Source: an uncultured Gammaproteobacteria bacterium (GTDB lineage: Bacteria; Patescibacteriota; Patescibacteriia; UBA9934). Taken from it: 64,000 nt of DNA. This document shows, piece by piece, positions 58,616 through 64,000 of this stretch. The first letter of the stretch is position 1; the number at the start of each line of letters is the position of its first letter. The notes beneath the pieces were generated by a model. It searched no databases, was not told where the DNA came from, and saw only the letters and a list, made by a program, of their open reading frames with translations. The stretch lies in assembly GCA_964613815.1 (NCBI GenBank), contig CAZTKG010000002.1, positions 23,737-87,736 of the forward strand, written 5' to 3'. The translations under genes were made by a program, and so were the position numbers.

Positions 58616-59626
58616 TTAAGTCGTTGCCACGATGAGAGATCGGAGTTCTTCCGCGATTCGAATGAGTTCTTCGATGTCTGACTTTGTAAAACCTAGCGTT
58701 TCGGCAAGTTTTTCCAGTCCAGCCTTTTCGATTTGACGAATGCGCTCGCGGGTAAGTTTGTAGCGCTCTCCCACCTCCTCAAGAGTCCGTTGTGACTTAC
58801 CATGAAGACCAAGACGCAACGTAAGAATAGTTGCAGTGCGTGGTTTCTGGCTGTCGACCCATGCTTCGATGCGTTGCAGTGCACTTTCGGTAGTCTTCAA
58901 CTTTTCCTTCGTCTCAAGGAGCTTTTCGCCTTGCATGGCAGGTTTCGACAGATAATCAGCGGGACTGAGCTTGAAGTCCTCGTCTTGATTATCCTCCCCT
59001 TCAAACGAGTCAGTATAGGCTGAAAGAAGCTTGAGCGCCCTTCCAACCTTGGCGAACGACGGTGGTTCGGTGTCGTTTGCCTCTGCAGCTCGTTTGATTT
59101 CCAGGTAGATCTCGTATGGCGTTGCATCTCGCATTTTCTGGCGAAAGACCGTCTCCTTGGCTTTAAGCACCTTGGAAAAATCATCTCGCACATGAATCGG
59201 GATTCTTCCTCCCGTGTTGCGTGCGTCAAAATCCGCAATGGCACGATGAATTGCCTGACGAATCCACCAGGTTGCGTAGGTGGAGAATTCGAATCCGCGA
59301 GAGTGATCGTATCGATAGACGGCGCGCATGAGGCCGATGTTGCCCTCCTGAATAAGGTCAAGCACAGTCATTCCGACGCGTGAACCTTGTTTCAGGTAGC
59401 CAAAGGCCATATTCACGACCAGTCGCAAATTGCGAACGATGACTTCATCAATGAGCTGTGACCTATGAGGCTCCGGAGCGTCTTGAATGCGAGCAAAGTA
59501 GTCCGCTCCATCGCCAGCCGTAAATACTGGAATACCAGTGATGGAATCCATGTATTTATGAAGCAGGTCCCTTGACCACTGACCCTCTCCGCTTTCTGCC
59601 TGTTTGACGAGCCAAGATGTGCTCAT
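58616..59626 (-). CDS. Sigma-70 family RNA polymerase sigma factor (RpoD/RpoS-like regions 2-4, no region 1.1)
   Basis: [46 protein letters not shown]...[10 protein letters not shown]. Confidence 0.93.
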   Translation of the reverse strand: MSTSWLVKQAESGEGQWSRDLLHKYMDSITGIPVFTAGDGADYFARIQDAPEPHRSQLIDEVIVRNLRLVVNMAFGYLKQGSRVGMTVLDLIQEGNIGLMRAVYRYDHSRGFEFSTYATWWIRQAIHRAIADFDARNTGGRIPIHVRDDFSKVLKAKETVFRQKMRDATPYEIYLEIKRAAEANDTEPPSFAKVGRALKLLSAYTDSFEGEDNQDEDFKLSPADYLSKPAMQGEKLLETKEKLKTTESALQRIEAWVDSQKPRTATILTLRLGLHGKSQRTLEEVGERYKLTRERIRQIEKAGLEKLAETLGFTKSDIEELIRIAEELRSLIVATT

Positions 59627-60345
59627 GAATGCTCCCTGATGTATGGCTTGAAGTGTGTGAGGAGTGCGGCTTTGGCAGCATTTGCCTGCGCTAGTTTTTT
59701 GTTTGGGCCTGACCCGGAGGCAAGTGTTCTGCCCATTGCAACTGCGCTGTAGGTGAATACGGGTTCATGGTCACTCCCAGACTTGCTTTCGAAGGTGTAT
59801 GTGGGAGCATTGCAGCCTTGGGCCTGCACAATTTCCATCAGAAGACCTTTTGGATCATATTCGATCCTGCCTTTCTGGAGAATTGACCTTGCATTTTTAA
59901 GAAGTAGATAGTCTATGAAGATGCGCGCTGCACCAACTCCTTGGTCCTTATAGATGGCGCCGATGAAGGCTTCAAGAAGGTCACAGCAAAGCTTAGTGCT
60001 GTTTCGCCCCCTTTCGCGTTCTTCACCACGACTCATTCGGGTATATGAACCAAGGTTCATATTTCTGCCTATTTCGCCGAGCGAGTTGGTGCTGACGATT
60101 CTGGCCTTCATGCGAGATATGGGTCCTTCTTCATATTCCGGGAATTCATCGAAAAGCCAGTCTACAACCACGAGTTCAATGACTCGATCACCTAGACACT
60201 CTAGTCGTTCGTAGCTTTTTGCGTTTTCGCCTCTGCCGGCTTCATTTAGATAAGATCTATGCGTGAACGCTTCCCAGAGGAGCGACCAGTCGTTAAATTC
60301 GAACTCGAGATTTGCGATAAGTTCGCGTAATCGATGCTGAAACAT
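59623..60345 (-). CDS. rnc: Ribonuclease III
   Basis: [41 protein letters not shown]; C-terminal dsRBD (DPKGLL.E..Q...PTY...GSDHEPVF...[12 protein letters not shown]). Confidence 0.93.
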   Translation of the reverse strand: MFQHRLRELIANLEFEFNDWSLLWEAFTHRSYLNEAGRGENAKSYERLECLGDRVIELVVVDWLFDEFPEYEEGPISRMKARIVSTNSLGEIGRNMNLGSYTRMSRGEERERGRNSTKLCCDLLEAFIGAIYKDQGVGAARIFIDYLLLKNARSILQKGRIEYDPKGLLMEIVQAQGCNAPTYTFESKSGSDHEPVFTYSAVAMGRTLASGSGPNKKLAQANAAKAALLTHFKPYIREHS

Positions 60346-60374
60346 GCTATCTCCGTGAAAAGAACTAGGACAAA

Positions 60375-60403
60375 AGCCTAGGTAATATAACCTAAATTGT
60401 CAA
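60375..60403 (-). promoter_or_regulatory. Sigma-70 promoter of the rnc-sigma bicistron
   Basis: Minus strand TTGACA-N17-TAGGCT, followed by a GGAG SD before the rnc ATG. Confidence 0.6.
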
Positions 60404-60479
60404 TAGTTTTACAAACAATCAGAAAACAAAAAAGCGCGTAGTGCGCTCGGTGAGCATTCCAGCGTCAGCATACTCCATG

Positions 60480-61547
60480 CTAGAATGATTGATTAGCTTC
60501 GTCCCATGTTGGAATGAAAGATCTAGCTTCTTCTGCAGAGTGGAATACAAGAAGATGGGGGGCGTGTTTTCTTGTTCTCGCGCTCTGTAAGAGCATTATG
60601 CGTGGGTCTTGTATGTACTGGGAGAGAGTAACCCTGCTAATTGGATGCGTCCGGTCGTAATGGAGAACCAGCGGAGCATATCCACCTTCGTATCCCATGT
60701 CGTGCTCCAAATAAAGATCAAGGAGCCGTTCAATCCACTCCTCCAGTGTAAACTGTGGAGCTGGATGGATCACGCCAGGTTTGCGAGAAGGGTTGATTGT
60801 TCTCATGCAGCGTTTGCATCTGTTCTCGCCGGGTATACTTGGCTTAATCGTGCATCGTTTACACCAGACCATGGGTGGCGGCTTGTTTGCCCATTCCAGT
60901 CGTCTGATAATGCGGATTGCATTTAGTTCCTGAGTTGTCTTAAGCCAGGCTCTGTAATGCGGGTCTTTCATCACGCGACGATGGAAATCCTTTACCGTCT
61001 CTCGCTTCGGTGCGGCTGCCGCAGGTGGATCCAAGGAGGGGTGAGTTGCAGCGATTTGAGGAGGTGGGGTAGCTGGGGGGTGAGGTGTGGGAATTGACCG
61101 AAGCCTCGGTTTAACCAAGGGTGGCACTGATTGCTTTGCAATCAGTGTTCCCGTCATTTCCGCCCCCGCGCGAACATCGATACCTCGACCAAAATCTTCT
61201 GCCCTGGCCATGAGGGAGGTCAGCCCTGAGGCATCTGGGTCATTGTCGTCTTCAGCGCCACTATAGGCTGTGATTTCGTTGTAGCATTCGAAGCAGAACG
61301 GATTGTCGAGCTTGATTTGGGGGCGTTTTTTGCAGCGGTTGCATTTTTGTAGTTTCCCGGTGGTTACTTCAGTGCAGCCACCACAAAGGCCTGTGGCACG
61401 GTCTTCACAAGACGTCTTTTTACACTTCTCGCATTTACGAGAAAGCGCGTCACATCCTTTGCAGCCGGCCTGTCCCTGTTCTTCATTGCACAGTTCGACT
61501 GGAATTGCGCCAGTGAGGATTTGGCAATAAACCTTGCCGTTTCGCAT
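60480..61547 (-). CDS. Hypothetical protein with multiple CxxC zinc-ribbon-like motifs and a Pro-rich linker
   Basis: CKGC, CEKC...CGGC, CNRC...CFEC, CKRC...CKRC; GGAG SD. Confidence 0.75.
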   Translation of the reverse strand: MRNGKVYCQILTGAIPVELCNEEQGQAGCKGCDALSRKCEKCKKTSCEDRATGLCGGCTEVTTGKLQKCNRCKKRPQIKLDNPFCFECYNEITAYSGAEDDNDPDASGLTSLMARAEDFGRGIDVRAGAEMTGTLIAKQSVPPLVKPRLRSIPTPHPPATPPPQIAATHPSLDPPAAAAPKRETVKDFHRRVMKDPHYRAWLKTTQELNAIRIIRRLEWANKPPPMVWCKRCTIKPSIPGENRCKRCMRTINPSRKPGVIHPAPQFTLEEWIERLLDLYLEHDMGYEGGYAPLVLHYDRTHPISRVTLSQYIQDPRIMLLQSARTRKHAPHLLVFHSAEEARSFIPTWDEANQSF

Positions 61548-61693
61548 ATTTTCTCCATGAAAAAAGATCGATTGACCTCTTTACTCCATCAAATTTTTTA
61601 ACTTTTGTCAATACACAAGATCTGCGCTTTACATTGACGGATTGACTTGTTTATGGGATATTTTTGTCCTCGTTCTTTCCATGGAGACTATCA

Positions 61694-62941
61694 ATGCGTG
61701 CTACTAATTCTACCGAACTTGTTCGCTTGCACCGCGTTCACTTTGCGATTTTGTCCCGGGCATACACTTTAAGTTTGATGCTTGATACCCGAGGCGTGAT
61801 TCCTCCTCGAATGCTGTCTGCTGTAATTCAATTTACGGCTCTAGAAAAGATTCGACCTGAACTCGTTATTGAGTCGCTTACTGAATCCGGCCACCTTCTT
61901 TTTTCTGGTTCAGCTTGGGTGATCCGGCGCCCGCCGATGGGTGTCGACTTGCATGGCGATGAGCCGCGTCCAGTAACTGACGAGCAATTGCAGAATGTGG
62001 TGTTGCACTGGAGAGAGGGTGTGCGAGATCTTGCGGACAGCCATTTCCTCGATAGGCCACATCTGCATGTGCCACTGATTGCGGAAGAAGACTTGATTAG
62101 ATTGAACCTCGTCACTCCGAAAGACGATGCCGAAGGGGGTGCAAAAGAAGTATCGGAGCCGCCCCTGATCTTTCAAAAACCACCGCATCGTAATCCGATT
62201 CCAATTGGAGTCATAGAGCAGATTCTGGGCGATCATGCCGTGGTTGAAGGCCTGAAGGGTGGTGAGCTTACGCCACATCAATCCGGTCAGGTGCTTATGT
62301 GGCATTGCGGATCTCATGCGCTTGTCTTCCGGGTGCATCGTGCACTTGTAGCAATTGGACTATTGAACGCTTCTCGCGGGTGTGTTTCAGTGAGCTCGGT
62401 CGGGCGGAGTCTGATAGAGGCTCACTCCCCAGAAACGACACTTGTTTATGGGGCACAAATGGCAATTTTGCGTGGCGAGCCCGTGATTCGTGTGCCGTTT
62501 CGGCCGGTTTGGTTGGGTGGTGGCATGGCTCGCCTTGAGTATTTTGGTGAACGAAAGGTGCCCGCATCTACGAAAACCCAGAAGGTGATCCGGCGCGAGT
62601 TGCCGACTGTTCCAGAATTTGCGCGCGGGCAGGCTGTGCCAGCGTTCTTGGCAGACCATGCGCTTTTGGAGCGACTGAATGGCGGTCCTGTTTCGGTCAA
62701 AATTTCGGGGCTATTGTGCCGATATTACAAACCGGATTCCAATCAGCCTACAGTTTTCAGGGGAAGCTGTAAGCAGAGGGGATTTATTGAACCAATTGGC
62801 CGGAATGGTCAGCTGATCAATCGTCGCGGGCGGAATCCTTCTGCTCGATGGCGCGTAACAACGAAGGGGTATCAGCATATTCAAAAGAAAGGGGCGGAGC
62901 CAAGTCTTAGTGAAGAGGAGGCGCGCACATTCCTTGCGTAG
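61694..62941 (+). CDS. Hypothetical protein with duplicated winged-helix-like modules
   Basis: GGAG SD before the ATG at 61694; internal repeat ILGDHAVVEGLKGG...LVAIGLL...VSSVGRSLI versus FLADHALLERLNGG...KQRGFIE...VTTKGYQHI. Confidence 0.7.
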   Translation: MRATNSTELVRLHRVHFAILSRAYTLSLMLDTRGVIPPRMLSAVIQFTALEKIRPELVIESLTESGHLLFSGSAWVIRRPPMGVDLHGDEPRPVTDEQLQNVVLHWREGVRDLADSHFLDRPHLHVPLIAEEDLIRLNLVTPKDDAEGGAKEVSEPPLIFQKPPHRNPIPIGVIEQILGDHAVVEGLKGGELTPHQSGQVLMWHCGSHALVFRVHRALVAIGLLNASRGCVSVSSVGRSLIEAHSPETTLVYGAQMAILRGEPVIRVPFRPVWLGGGMARLEYFGERKVPASTKTQKVIRRELPTVPEFARGQAVPAFLADHALLERLNGGPVSVKISGLLCRYYKPDSNQPTVFRGSCKQRGFIEPIGRNGQLINRRGRNPSARWRVTTKGYQHIQKKGAEPSLSEEEARTFLA

Positions 62942-63080
62942 GCTTGCGAGTCAGGTTTGGTTAGCTCACGTCACCTCCGTGCTGGAGGTGATTTTTTGTA
63001 AAATTTTGCACGGTCGGCAAAGGCGAGGGAGCAAGTGTTCCCCCAAACCCCTCCCGCTCGAATCCAACTCTTATCGCAAC

Positions 63081-63114
63081 AGAAAAACCACTAGCAGAAG
63101 CTAGCGGTTTTTCT
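63081..63114 (-). terminator. Terminator downstream of tRNA-Asp
   Basis: AGAAAAACCACTAGC-agaa-GCTAGCGGTTTTTCT. Confidence 0.7.
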
Positions 63115-63190
63115 GGCGGACCGGACGGGATTCGAACCCGCGATCTCCTCCGTGACAGGGAGGCATGTTAACCAGCTACACCACCGGTCC
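63114..63190 (-). tRNA. tRNA-Asp(GTC)
   Basis: GGACCGGTGGTGTAGCTGGTTAACATGCCTCCCTGTCACGGAGGAGATCGCGGGTTCGAATCCCGTCCGGTCCGCCA. Confidence 0.96.
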
Positions 63191-63311
63191 ATTGAATTGT
63201 GGGATTAGTCTACATTAATGGGGGGGAAATGGCAAATTGGAGTGGGGTTTGGTTATGTTGGGATGTAGGTGTATTGTTGGAGGAGTTGTTTCATGAAATG
63301 TAATTTTATCT

Positions 63312-63731
63312 ATGAAGTCATTGTATCTTGTTAAGCGAGCTATTGGGCTCGGGGTGCTCACGTATGTTTTTTCGTTTATTCCTGGAGTGATTATCAGTCT
63401 TTTGGTTGGGGTGGATTTTGAGTCGGCTCAGGATTTGCCGGATCGTGTGTATTTGTGGGGGATGCTTGTTTCTGCGGTTTTGATGGTGTTTATGACGCTT
63501 TGGTATTTTGCGAATAAACAATTGAAGCAGACGGCTCGAAGTGGGTTTTATTTTGGGTTTACAGCGATTGGAGTTGGGTTTGTGTTTGATACGCTGATGT
63601 TTTTACCGATGATTTTGAGCGGGGGGACGGATCCGGTTTTGATTTATTATGCAAATGAGCTTTTTTGGTTGACGGTGGTTGTTGTGATTTTGGTGGCGAC
63701 GTTTGTTGGATGGCTGGGAGAGCGTAAATAA
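63312..63731 (+). CDS. Four-TM hypothetical membrane protein
   Basis: Four hydrophobic segments; + strand codon bias. Confidence 0.7.
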   Translation: MKSLYLVKRAIGLGVLTYVFSFIPGVIISLLVGVDFESAQDLPDRVYLWGMLVSAVLMVFMTLWYFANKQLKQTARSGFYFGFTAIGVGFVFDTLMFLPMILSGGTDPVLIYYANELFWLTVVVVILVATFVGWLGERK

Positions 63732-63737
63732 AGCGAA

Positions 63738-63761
63738 TGCCCCGCACGAGTGTGCGGGGCA
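63738..63761. terminator. Hairpin between convergent genes
   Basis: TGCCCCGCAC-gagt-GTGCGGGGCA. Confidence 0.6.
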
Positions 63762-63779
63762 GGACGGTGGAGGCAGCGA

Positions 63780-63998
63780 CTACGACTTGGTCCGTTTGGG
63801 GCAGGTCGTTGTTTCTTCTCCACCGGTGTTTGTCATGATGCAGAACATCGGGACAGGGGTGAGGGCCATGGGGCCTTCGTGGAAGGTGATTTCGCCTCCT
63901 CGATTGGTGACGTTTTGGAGGGTCCAGATTGCACCATCGGGGAGGGTGATGATAGCCGTGTTGTCGCCGGGCCAGGTTGCCGCGGTTGCGGCGATGGA
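63780..63998 (-). CDS. 3' end of a hypothetical protein (partial at window edge)
   Basis: Open frame SIAATAATWPGDNTAIITLPDGAIWTLQNVTNRGGEITFHEGPMALTPVPMFCIMTNTGGEETTTCPKRTKS* with C-ending codons. Confidence 0.55.
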   Translation of the reverse strand, partial: SIAATAATWPGDNTAIITLPDGAIWTLQNVTNRGGEITFHEGPMALTPVPMFCIMTNTGGEETTTCPKRTKS

Positions 63999-64000
63999 CT

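Noticed and set aside
57646-63130. 66-bp repeat as the attL/attR duplicate of tRNA-Asp
   Set aside because: The match to the tRNA-Asp 3' end is essentially only TGGCGG, too short to call a target duplication.
1-64000. Numerous long antisense or alternate-frame ORFs (e.g. 6173-7042, 7309-8223, 19650-20333, 36216-37037, 39390-40199)
   Set aside because: They overlap well-supported genes and are low-complexity His/Pro/Ile/Arg-rich translations, expected from the strong strand skew that depletes stops on the opposite strand.
1-64000. Alternative genetic code (TGA = Gly, as in Gracilibacteria)
   Set aside because: Conserved genes are full length under code 11, and several end at TGA at the expected position (ruvX, recO, scpA, malic enzyme, nrdR).

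Overview
This looks like a 64-kb piece of a small-genome bacterial chromosome, most consistent with Patescibacteria/CPR. That placement is inferred from gene content and the pilin-fused giant proteins. The code is standard (TGA = stop) and the + strand is strongly G/T-rich. The backbone is housekeeping: map (3' end), ruvX, recO, aspS, scpAB, malic enzyme, parAB, rel, topA, folC, dprA, pth, der, an LCP protein, lepB, hisS, rpsU, ybeY, dgkA, ftsA, ftsZ, nrdR and pyk. There are four tRNAs. Six things stand out. (1) The initiator tRNA is split by a 640-nt group I intron encoding an I-Ssp6803I-like PD-(D/E)XK homing endonuclease. (2) A compositionally foreign block next to tRNA-Asp encodes RNase III translationally coupled to a sigma-70 factor, a multi-CxxC protein and a divergent tandem winged-helix-like protein. 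(3) A RibD/DHFR-fold gene sits between 66-bp direct repeats like a cassette. (4) A tRNA-Met/tRNA-Leu pair is bracketed by two copies of a long perfect palindrome and contains both antisense and direct copies of the tRNA-Leu 3' end. (5) A 14.5-kb surface-protein operon includes a 3328-aa pilin-fused protein. (6) Core genes look leaderless or near-leaderless, while many accessory genes carry Shine-Dalgarno motifs. No CRISPR array, rRNA or integrase was seen. All family assignments come from reading motifs by eye; no searches were run.
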